Positions 1 to 11,500 of a DNA stretch of 64,000 nucleotides are shown here, piece by piece. The stretch is from contig OZ176054.1 of the NCBI GenBank assembly GCA_964247055.1, positions 13,454,001 through 13,518,000 of the forward strand, in the 5' to 3' direction. The notes beneath the pieces were generated by a model. It did not search any database, had not been told where the DNA came from, and worked only from the letters and a program-made list of their open reading frames with translations. Numbering within the stretch: position 1 is the first letter of the stretch; every line of letters begins with the position of its first letter. This stretch comes from Paragordius varius (Eukaryota; Animalia; Nematomorpha). Made by a program: the position numbers and the translations under genes.

Positions 1-842
1 GGAAATGGTGGAACAACGCTTTAAAATATTAAAAAGACTTTTTTTATAAAATTAGATGGTACTGAACATTTCTACCACTTAAAATTTTTAAATCAATTAT
101 TCCTTCATCTTAAAGTAAAAATGTGTTTTGTTACAAAAATAACTAAAAATTAACAAAACCTTAATATTAAAATTATGAGATTATAAAAATGTTCAGCATC
201 ATTGTATATAGAAAAAATATAATATCTTAGAACATTTTAAACACTTCGATTTTTGAGGTATCTAAATACCCCCAAACTAAATTTAAGTTGAAATTTTTAA
301 AAAAACTGTCCCAATTTAAATTTATGCTTTTATCCTAAAGATAATCATATAAATAATCCAAAATATCTAAATAAAACTTCGTTATGTAAAAAAATTCCAC
401 ATCAAATTACTTCGACGCCATTTTTATTTTACAACATTTTTGAAAAATATCGTGATTATTTGATTTTAAAGCTAAAAAGAACGCTATTTTTTTATTTATA
501 TCACATCTAACATTGATAAAAACAGAAAAAATGGTATTTAGAAATTTTTTAAATTTAGCATGGTCACATGTCATGTTGACTAAAATTTTACCTTGAGGTT
601 TTACCTAAAAATAAGTAATGTCAAGCATTTTTGTGAAATTTTTTATATAGTTCATTAGCGCTATAAATGTCCAAATTTTTGCCATGGTTTTAATTCATTT
701 CATATATTTTAATTATTTAATTTTAAACAGGCCTGGGGTATCCAATTACCCCAATTCGAATCGAGGAACTAAAATGAATGTGGTGTATCCAAGTGTTAAA
801 TCGTTTCTAACACACATCAAAAAAATAATAAACAATTAAGAG

Positions 843-999
843 CAGAGGTATTCAAATCGTGGCCATAAAATACTTTTTATAGCCCTGAAGTTTTTACTTT
901 GAGTTATATCAGAGAATTTTTTAAACCGCATTAGAATTTATCGATATTGCCATAAAACAGTATGTATTGGCCCTTTAAAAAATTATGGCCACCCCCACT
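843..999. mobile_element. hAT-type MITE remnant
   Basis: CAGAGGTATTCAAATCGTGGCC...GGCCACCCCCACTG ends; related to the copies at about 9632, 17305, 32075 and 44795. Confidence 0.5.
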
Positions 1000-1159
1000 G
1001 ATTAAGATTTGAAACATTTTTAAATGCATGCCGTGGACTTTCAATTCAGTACCTTTAATTACCATATTAAGCCACAAATATTTAAATTTATGGTTGAGCT
1101 AGACAGATGAACTCTATAAGTTAGAAAATTGTAAAAAGTAATCTAATAAAAGAAAACGT

Positions 1160-1221
1160 ATGTTTGGCAAAACAACTATTAAAGGAACACTAACTATCCG
1201 AAGTCATCGTCAAAATGAAAG
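1160..1221 (+). other. Probable upstream (5'UTR) exon carrying a short uORF
   Basis: ATG at 1160 is open to a donor AG|GTAATT at 1222. Splicing to either AG at about 1276 or 1282 reaches TGA before the main ATG at 1313. Confidence 0.3.
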
Positions 1222-1312
1222 GTAATTAAGTGTTAAAACACAAAATAAAACCTTTTTATTTTTCGCGCTTTACAAGGTCCAGGCACTCGTGAAATCATCT
1301 GTATTTTCCGTC

Positions 1313-3693
1313 ATGTTTGAACAAAAACCACTCTTTGGGGGAACATCTTCCTTTATTTTCGGGCAACAAACTCAATCAACTCAAAATATATTTGGGACTT
1401 CAAGTTTATTAATTTATTTCCTATTATAAAAATATGTTTTTTTTCCATTATGCAGTATTACAAATCATAAAATAAATTACAAATAAATATTATTTAAAGA
1501 CAACTATTTTTCAATATTCCACCATTGTTTTGTGTTGAAAAGAAATAAGATGTAAATTAATTGTAATCATAAGTCAGCCGTGTTTAATACAAATAGCTTC
1601 GCGGGCCGCATCTCAAAAATATGTCGGCATCAACAAATATTTTATTAAATTCCAAGCGTAAGACTGTAAAATATTATTTATTTTAACAAACAATTTCTTG
1701 TCAAAATTTACAAGAATATTTAAAAAAATGTTCGAAGTGCCGCATGGAAAATGTGCTTCTTTCATCTTTTACGTTTATTTTCTTTTCTATATAGTTTTAT
1801 TCTTTTCTCGTTTTAGATCCAACTCAAGCTGTGGATCCTTTCGGACAACACCCGCAACCCTCGGCGACCCCTTCTCTGTTCGGTCAACAACCAACCAATC
1901 CTTCAACAAATTTGTTTCAACCTCAAACACCTGGTACATCGGCTTTCTGTAAGTTAAACTTTTTAGATAATTTTGTCATTTAGTTTTTGAAATCGAAATA
2001 TTCCCTTTTTTGTTTGATTAGCAACATTGATTTTTTTATATAGAAATCATATCTCTAATTATTTACTATACAATGTTTGGGTTGAAATATAAAAATGAAA
2101 ACTTGACACTATTTAGATTACATTTCTTTACTTATAAACCATCGGATATACAAAATTTCCGTTTAAATAGTTGATTATTTAATAAAAAAGGTATTATAAC
2201 CCTTTAAAAAATTACAATTTTAATCGTATTTTTTACACTTCCTATCCTTAGAGATGATATTTTCAATTTTATTAAAAATGAAATAATAAAATTTATCAAA
2301 ATATTTTTTTTAACTCCTTTAGCCTTTGGTCAAACTCAAAATGCACAAACTACGCCATCTTTCCTTGGCGGTGCATCCACCGGTGGTGGACTTTTTGGGA
2401 TGGCCACTGCCCCACAAACAGCTAGTAATATACTTTTATTTTTATTGGTTAAAATTGGTTATAACATGATTTTAATTAAATGGTTAATTTTAAAAAACGT
2501 TGTTTTTTTTCAGATAATTTTTAAAATTTTATTTGCGTACAATAATAACATATTTTTAAAAGGTTTTATTTGGATTCTACATTCATTTTTGGTTTTATGT
2601 TTCCTATTTTGCTATTTCTTATTTGTGAACATAGGGAGGGCATATACAAAATGATGGCTCTAATAAAAATAACTTTTCTTTAAACAAAAAAAAGTATATA
2701 GTATTTTTTGCTGCAATTTTAACATTTTCTTAATAGGTAGAATTTTATTTTAAATTATTTTTGTGAAAAAAAAACATTTTATTCAATTTAAGGCACAACG
2801 ATCAAGTTTAAAGCCCCAACTGCGCAAGATACAATGCATCGAAATGGAATTGACGAAAATGTTACTATTAAAATTCAATGCATTTCAGCCATGGAGGAAT
2901 ATAAAAATAAATCTCTTGAAGTATCAATTAATTAATTAATTAACTTTTAAAAACTTTGAAATTGTAAAAATTTTTGCAAAGTTTTCGAAAAGTATATTGT
3001 TAGTTTTTCAGTTTTAAGTTTTAGGTGTGCATTAGTTTAACTTATATATGAATTTTTTATTGTATTAAATTAATATTAAAGAATTGATATTTTTGGTTAT
3101 AACTTTAAGGTTTTCCAAACTTTTATTATTTAAAAGCTTTTTATATAAGCTTTTTTGATTTTTAAAATTTGAATATATTTTACTTATTTTTTACATGTTA
3201 GGAATTACGCCTAGAGGATTATATGGCGAATCCAAAGTCTTCAACAGTAACCGGTTTAGGGTTAGGTTCAACCCCTTTTCAGCTCGGTCAAACAGGTGAG
3301 TCAGCTGTTTTTTTTTCAAAATATAAATAGTTAACGCAAATTTATAAATATGTGTGGAAACTGATTATTTCCTGCATATTAGAACTAAAATATTTGTTTT
3401 CAAGCAATATTAACAAAACTTTTTTTGCGTCTTGAAATAACATTTTTTTACCGCTTGATTAATTAACTTTTTTTTTGATAATTTTTTGTGCTTTTATATT
3501 ATAATGTTTTATATAAATATGATAAGAGTATACTACATTTTAGAAAGTAATAGAAAGATGAAAAAGATTTTTAAGGTTGAAAAAAGTTTAAAGTTTCTTT
3601 TATTGGAATATAAAAGAAAATATGGAGGTTTTTTTTCATAAAAATTGGGTTTTTTTTGCATATCGATTAAAATATTTTTGCCTTTTAATTTTT

Positions 3694-3728
<35 letters not shown>

Positions 3729-3859
3729 ATATAGGTTCCTCACTGTTTGGTGGAACCCCACAAAGCAGCGCGACGACCAACCTTTTTGGGGTAAATTCTA
3801 ACCCCAGTATTTTTGGTACTTCCTCGTCCTCGTTTCTGGTTTTATTTTCAATTTTAAAT

Positions 3860-3892
<33 letters not shown>

Positions 3893-5286
3893 CATTAATG
3901 TATTTAAAAAATAAGCTATTGAATATATATAAGTTTAATGTCCAAATTAAGGAGTATTTTAAAATTATCTAATTTTTAAAATGTTTTTTAAAAAATTTTA
4001 GACTAGTACTACACCTTCGCTCTTTGGAGCTGCTCAGATATTTTTTTATTTTTGGAGAATTTCAATTTTTTTTTCGAATTAAAAAGCAATATATTTTTTT
4101 TCAATTTTTTAAGTTATATATATATTTTATATTTAAAATTATATGTTTTTATATTTCACATTTTTAAATTATATCCAAATTTCAGAAAATAATATTTTTT
4201 TTTATAATAATAATAATTAATATTTTAATTTTTATATTTAATTTAGCCTTTCGCAACGCCAAGCCTTTTCGGGCAACAAACGGTAATAATTTGAAAATAT
4301 AAATTATTTTATATTTACAAAAAATAAATTATTTTTTTTATAAAATATAAATTTTATTTTTTTTATTTTATTAAAAATTTAATTTTAAAAAAATAAATTA
4401 TTTTTTTTATAAAATATAAATTTTTTGGACAATTTTTTTAGTCACAACCAACAGCTGCTGCTACCCCATTTCAATTTGGAGCTCGGGCTCAAAAATTTGT
4501 GCAAGATGGAACACAATGCGGTACACAATACTACAACACATTGCAAAAACGACTAAGCACCAATTATGAAAAACTGCAAGGCACTGAAGGTTATCGATCT
4601 CTGCGACAATTTTTGAAGGATCGCCCGCTTGTGTCGTTTGTGAGCGCAACTGTTTTGCTATATACCTTTTTTACCCTCATAACATTCCTTAGCTTTGTGC
4701 TTGGATCGTTTTGTTTTACCCTGTTTGGATTCATTATGATTGAAGGTACATCTAATGCACAAAAAAAGTCTTCCAGTGTATTGCTTAAGAATTACTTTTT
4801 ATTTACAGCTGTATTTTAATAAAATATTTATACTAATCAGGTACGCTATTATCCATTGCAACCATCATCGCTTTTTCATCCATTACCATTTTGGCTTGGA
4901 TTGGTTTATTGGTCGCCGTTGGACTTTTATTGGCTTACACGGTTACATCACGTATCGTACACTTTTTTCGGGGTACTCTCATCCCTTGTGGCAAACAGCG
5001 AGCAAATTCAGCCTATTGCTTTTTTCGTTCCCACATACCCAAAACACTTTTTATGGATGAGACTGTTTCCAACGGTATTTCTGCCTGTAAATGCTGTCAA
5101 GCAGGCACGAATGCTGAGTCGATGTGTCACACATGCACAAAAACTCTTAATAATAGCCATCAAAGAGTTGTGGGTTTGGTTGAGTCAAATCATTCTCCTT
5201 ATCATTACGGTCCACGTAATGCTAAGGATAGTGATGATGACGACACTAAGCCCATCGATATGGCTAGTTACAGCAATACTAAATAA
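1313..5286 (+). CDS. Chimeric multi-exon gene: NUP98-type FG-repeat/GLEBS N-terminus fused in frame to an LDAF1/promethin membrane domain and a Cys-rich tail
   Basis: Phase-consistent exons: 1313-1403, 1817-1948, 2323-2424, 2793-2920, 3202-3295, 3735-3838 (or -3790), [4002-4037, donor reads AT instead of GT], 4247-4282, 4442-4745, 4841-5286 (TAA). The protein begins MFEQKPLFGGTSSFIFGQQ, passes many xLFG repeats and the GLEBS motif, then reads ...TPFQFGA-RAQKFVQ...LQKRLS...QFLKDRPLVSF...GFIMIEGTLLSIA...AYTVTSRIVHFF. Confidence 0.8.
2793..3295 (+). CDS. NUP98: GLEBS (Rae1/Gle2-binding) motif exons of the NUP98-like N-terminus
   Basis: Exons 2793-2920 and 3202-3295 encode TTIKFKAPTAQDTMHRNGIDENVTIKIQCISAMEEYKNKSLE|ELRLEDYMANPK. 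This matches the Nup98 GLEBS pattern TTIKF..P...DTM...QCI.AMKEY..KSLEELRLEDY and is flanked by FG-repeat exons. Confidence 0.93.
3700..3732. repeat. (TA)n microsatellite
   Basis: TA run directly before the acceptor at 3734; a second TA run lies at about 3866-3892. Confidence 0.9.
4484..4975 (+). CDS. LDAF1: LDAF1/promethin (TMEM159)-like lipid droplet assembly factor domain (3' part of the chimera)
   Basis: Spliced at 4745/4841 (GT-AG, with TACTAAT branch just before the AG). Collinear with human LDAF1 as recalled: LQKRLS/LQKKLS, QFLKDRP/QYLDSHP, GFIMIEG/GVIILEG, AYTVTSRIV/SYVVVSSLI, with a long uninterrupted hydrophobic double hairpin. Confidence 0.8.
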
Positions 5287-6974
5287 CAATAGTACCAATA
5301 GTAATACGTATTTTCGAAGGAATATCACATCCACGAATAATACGTATAATGGGCGCAATGTCCCATCTAATCACTATTATACATCCAGTCCGACAAATAC
5401 TGTCATCACTTTTTCGGTCAAGACGGAAAAATCATCGAGAGAGACCAACACGGGACTGCCTCCGACTTTGGGGGATTCTACGACCAATTTTTAAGCGTTT
5501 ATCCAATACCCCACAAATATGATGACATTGGATTGTGATGGTTTTTAAAACTAAAATTGCAAAATTACCACATTCATTTTGTCTTTTAATTATTTTAAAT
5601 GAAACGACTTTTATGTAGATTATAAAGTGGAAATTAGTATTATATAAATAGAAATGTACATATATATAATTTTTCGTTTTTATAAATTTACGCATATATA
5701 TTATTATCAACTCAAATCTGATTTATAGATAACTGGACTGTCATTACAATATGCGTGTGGTTATGGTAAACAAAGGTGTCTGTTGAAGGTCAAATAATAT
5801 TTTAAGCTTAACGTTATGTCCAAAGTTTGTAGATAATCAATTTATCAAAAGATAAGCACAGTTATGAACACATCTAAAGATTGTCCAAAAAAATGATGAA
5901 ACCAATTTATTTAAATAAGAAATATCAAATGATTATTTGTATTGTTTGGATATTTTTATTGTTGTGGATTATAACGGTTATGATTTAGTGTTTTGATGTT
6001 AAATTTTGGATATTTTTTGATATTGATAATCTGTTTGTTCGTAGCCATTATGTCTCGAAATAAATGAAGTATAAGTTCAATTTTGTTAACATTGAAACTT
6101 TTCTACTATTTATAAAGATGACCAGCTTCGCTACCGACAAAATTGGATTAAAATTTTAATCAAAACTTCATAAGGGTTCTACCCAGTGTAATACAAGTGC
6201 TTTAGTAATGCCACTATGACGAAAATGTTTAACATTATTGAATTCATATAATTTGATGATCAGTAATTCTGTTCTAAAAACGGTTTAAACTATATGATGG
6301 CATATTTTACAGAAGGTGGGGCCCTACACAATTAAGAGCATTGGCCGAAATTTAGTATTAATCAGAGATTTGGCTAACTGCATTATCAAATCTCTATGGT
6401 GTGATAAGTTATTAAATTTGCTTTAATGCTATTTTTATATGGTGGCGTATCGTACTAACGGAGAAACCTTAGCCAACACATGTTGGAATATAAATACGGG
6501 AAATATATAAATACTTCATGAAATCCATATGGCTACAAAAGTTTTGAAAGTTAATTTCATAACACGTTTTATGTATGGTGGCACATTTAGATTCACCACA
6601 TATTTTATAAGCTCTTAACTAATTTTTTATACTACGGGATACACCTAAAACCATTTTTGATTTTGTATAATCTCCTAACTTGAGCAAAAAATGGCTTCAG
6701 GCCACGTTACTTTTACCAGGCAACATATACAACCTTGTGTCGACCCCTACACACAGGTGTATGTAACAAATGGCCATATAACCTTTGTATAGGAAATAGC
6801 TATAACCCTGATTGAATCCTTATGATTCTTTATTTTCCGAAATACATAGAATATACAGTTTAGAGTCTCTTTTTACCTTTTTTATTTAAAATAAAGGACT
6901 TAATTGTATCTAGACTGTGAAAGCTTTAACACTCGCCTGCCTGCCCAGGGCTGACAGTGATGATGAAAAAATTG

Positions 6975-7045
6975 CGTAGTTTCGGGCTTCGAACTCTGGC
7001 ACGCAGTCTACGAATTCAAGCCCTACCTTCCGAGAATTTGTTTAA
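6975..7045 (-). other. tRNA-like / SINE-head-like GC-rich element
   Basis: The minus strand reads GGTAGGGC...GAGTTCGAAGCCCG, a B-box-like GTTCGA with a weak A-box. No complete cloverleaf could be drawn. Confidence 0.2.
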
Positions 7046-7961
7046 AACCACGTGATGTGGCGCAATTTAAACAACGCGGAATGCTACTTGGGTGTTAGCA
7101 AGGGGAAAACTAAAATAAAAATTATTTCCAAAAGGTTCCATTTTCCAGTAAAAAAAAGGTTTAAAACCGCGTTATTTTAGTCAAGTGTTTTATAGAGAGC
7201 AAGAACTAACTCTACCACTATATTAAGATAAGCGCTGATTATACTAAATAATGAAAACATCTGAAACATTTGTTGATATCTTTTTTTTTCAGTATTTAAT
7301 TTAAAGCCAAGTTTACGTTATTTTATATGAATTTTACATAGAGCTAAGTTTTACCCAGCGGCCAATTAAAAAAGCATCGGATTGCTTTCATATTAGCAAA
7401 ATTTAAAATTTGTGTGTTAATCATAATCTCACAACTTGTGCAAAAATAGTTTTAGGGATTTTTTGAAAAAAATGTCATTTTACATGTGTAGAGCTAAATA
7501 ACGAACCAATTCCCATGGTAAGTCTACTATATTCGGATTCGTAATAAATTGAAATAATCAATTGAATGCATTTAATACACGTTTTCAGATGGCTTTAAGA
7601 CACGGCTTTGAAGCCAATTTTTTTAATACTTTTTTTAGACAAGTTGGGTTTCTGAAGCGGTTTGACCAATTTAAAAATGAATTAATATTCAGCACTTTAT
7701 AATTACATTTGGCATAACTTTTTTCGCATTTTTTCAAAGCCAACATCCCATATTTTATTAATAGTCAGATTAAGTTTTAGTTAATCGAAGCAAATTTTGG
7801 AATTAACCTATTTATTAGATAAGTTATTACATTATTATCTCTCGCACTTTAAAGAATAAATTTGGTAATCAGAGTTTTATATACATTACAAATGTTAAAA
7901 GATCATTTTTCAATAGTCATCAACAACTCAAATTCAATCAACTGATAAACATGATTTAAAG

Positions 7962-8235
7962 AATTATACGGACAAAACGTGAAGATATAAAGACATATTT
8001 TTTTAAAAAGACAACCATACTTTTTGATCTTGATTTTTTTAATATAACTCATTAAACTAAACTAAAAATTATAATATAGCAATGTAAATTGGTAACACAA
8101 TCAATTATGTATTTTACGATTGTAATTAAATGTTTTTTATATGATAAATTAAGGTTTAAAAAGCTATGAGGTTGTGTTTTGATAAAAAAAATTTGTCTTT
8201 TATTTTTACATTTTGTCGGTATAATTTCAATTTTA
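7962..8235. mobile_element. MITE family A (eroded ends)
   Basis: AATTATACGGACAAAACG...TTTGTCGGTATAATTTC inverted arms. Confidence 0.75.
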
Positions 8236-8568
8236 TGCAATACCATAATCCGATGTAGATTCCGGTCTCATAAATGTCCAAAAAACTTGAAAACATTGAT
8301 AAATTTACCCATTTTAATAAAATGCAACATTGTATATTTACTTATTTTATCAACAAATTTTAAAAAATTTAGGTATTAACCACGTTGCCATGATATATAT
8401 AAAACGCTAATGTAGGAAAAACAGTTTCAAATACCTGTCTGGTTTAAAAGGCTATTATTAGAATAATTGAGGCTGAGTTTATTGAACTGCTCAACAATGA
8501 TAAAATAACCAATAAAAAAATTGCCTATTTTACATTTTTTGATTTTAATAATAATAATAACTTTCGTA

Positions 8569-11500
8569 ATGATCGGATTGTATGTAGTTATAGGATGCGT
8601 AATTCTATGTGAAGCAGTAACCCTACCCACAGGTTATATTAACACATAAGATGAATAGTCATTTATTTAATAATTTTGAAAATATTTAAATAAAATTGTT
8701 TTTTATAATTTTATATTATTTTATTTTTGATTATATAACCGAAAAAATGGGATTTTTAGATAATTTTTAATTCAAAACATTTTTTGCCTGTAAAAGATCC
8801 AAAGTTAATATAGTGAAAATTGATACAGTAAAAACTGAAATTATACGGACAAAACGTAAAAATATAAAGACAAATATTTTTTTCTAAAAGACAACCAACC
8901 ATACTTTTATAAACCTTAATTTATCCTATAAAAAACATTTAATTGGATTCGTAAAATAGTCAATTCATTGTGTTTCCAATCGATATTTCTAAAAAAAATC
9001 AAGAATAAAAAAGTTTGGATCTCTTTTTGAAAAAATATTTGTCTTTATACTTTCACTTTTTGTCCGTATAATTTCAATTTTACTGTACAAATATATACTT
9101 AAAATTAAACCATTTAATCATACATCTATAATCTTACAGTAAAAATTGAAATTATACGGACAAAAAGTGAAAGTATAAATACAAATATTTGTTCAAAAAG
9201 ACACCCATACTTTTTTATCCTTGATTTTTTTTAGAAATATCAATTGGAAACAATGAATTGACACGAATCCAATTAGATGTTTTTTTATAGGATAAATTAA
9301 GGTTTATAAAAGTATGGTCGTCTTAAAAAAATATTTGTCTTTATTTTAACATTTCCGTATATTTCAAAATTTACTGAAAGTACAGCTATTTTATGATAAT
9401 TTTTGTCTTTATGTTTTTACGTTTTGTCTTTATAATTTCTATATTTTTTTCATTCAAATTTTTTAAGGGGAATTGTATGCCAAACACATTGGAGAACAGA
9501 AATGGTATATTTGTTTTAACCGGAGGAATGCTTCCTTAAATTATGAGCTTTTCATCAATTTTACCAACAATGGGACAGTCGCAAGCAAAAGACAAACTGT
9601 AATTTCCAACAAAAATATTTATAATCTTTACCAGGGGTGTCCAACACAAATGGCTTCGCGGGCCGAATTTGGAAAATATATGGATATTAACAAATATTTT
9701 TTTAGATATTAAACCTAAGACTGTATGTAATAAAAGTCACTATTTAAATTAACAATTTTACTCGTTCATTGCCAGAAAATACTTTCAAAAAATATTTTTT
9801 TCTTACATTCTGTGAAATTTATGCCGCGAATAGCTGAAATTTTTTTAAAGGCTGGGTGTTGTACACCCCTGATCTATACCAGCATTATATGTTAGACTAA
9901 ATATACACAGAAATGTAAAAATTAAACATATATTTTTTTACGAGCATTCACCTTTTTTTAATTTTCTTAATTCATGAAGTGATATTAATAAATTTGCCAA
10001 TTACATTTATTTCTTAATTTATGAGCCAAAACTATAGGTTTTAATTAAAAATTAAGGTTAAGTATGGTTGTTTTTATGAAAAAAACATTGTCTTTTAGTT
10101 TTTGCGTGTTGCCAGTAGAAATTCAATTATTAGAGTAAGTTTATAATTTCGTTGTTTATTTTATATGGTTTTTATAAAATTAAAATTAATTTTATAGTAC
10201 TTCTTTGTATTTTCAACAGTAAACACAGTAAAAGTTGAACGGATTAGGGCTTATTGTAACCAACTAATTTTTATAAATTATTTTACAATAAATTTTTTTG
10301 AATAAATAAAGCCCATTTTTGAAATGGCAATTATAAAGTGTCAAAATTTATTGTCTATTATCGAAAAATACAGACAACGTAAAAAAAATTTTTTATAAGA
10401 CAATGTTATTTTTTAACTTTGATATTTTCTACACAATCTACATAATTGAGTTGGGAAATGTAAAAATGTGAATGTTACCAATTTACATCACTAGTTCTTA
10501 TTTTGAAACCCAAACGATAGTTGATAAAAAAATATGGTTATCTTCGAAAAAAATATAAGTCCTTTATTTTTACGTTTTGCAGGTATAATCTCATTTTTTA
10601 CAATATATTTATATAATATGTCATAGAATCTTGTTGGAAACTGTTTTTATACCCAACTAAATACAAACTCCTCTGGTAATTATGTTGTCCGTATAAAAGT
10701 ATTCGAAAATGGGCTCACCAGAAATGATTTGCAATATCCAACCTTCTATTTACAATATGGTAAGACGAAACGGTCTGCTATGAATTTATTATATCTTAAA
10801 TGGAATTTATTTAAGCCCTTCAATATCTTTTGTAATCTATAATTTCATTTTAATCGATAGTATACGAAAATCACTTTTAAGCGGCTGAAAATTAATTTTA
10901 AATATTAGTGTTGATATTTTGGTAGGCTTGAATATGCTGCTTATAAACGTTATAAAACATAAATTTAAAAATTAACTTAAAAAAATTATATGCAAAGGTT
11001 GAATTTTATACATGAAGTGGACTCCAAAGTAATATCTATGGGAATTTTTTATAATTCAATTATATTTTAATATCTCTAAAAAATGAGATGTACGAATTAT
11101 ATCATAACTCCTTCCTAAACAGCTTTAATGGTATTAGCTGTGCAAATACAGTAAAAGTTAAAATTATACGGACAAATGTAAAAATACAGACAAATATTTT
11201 TTTCAAAAGACAACCCTGCTTTATAAAATTTTAAAATTTCCAATTATTTTAATCGAAAATGTATCTAATACAGATGTAAATAGGAAAACCTATTAATTCT
11301 AAATTTTACAGTGGTAGGGAAATATTTTAAATAAGTAATATTAATTTAAAAAAGTATAATTGACTTTTGAAAAAAATATTTGTCTTTATATTTTTACGTT
11401 TTGCCCGTATAATTTTAATTTTTACTGTAAACGCGGAGGAAAATTTAAAAATTTTGTTGATTTTAGCAAAATAAATTTTTCTTTTATAATTTCATATTCT

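Noticed and set aside
1-70. Transposase tail EMVEQRFKILKRLF (Harbinger-like VE..F..LK motif)
   Set aside because: Only about 20 codons at the window edge; too short to support.
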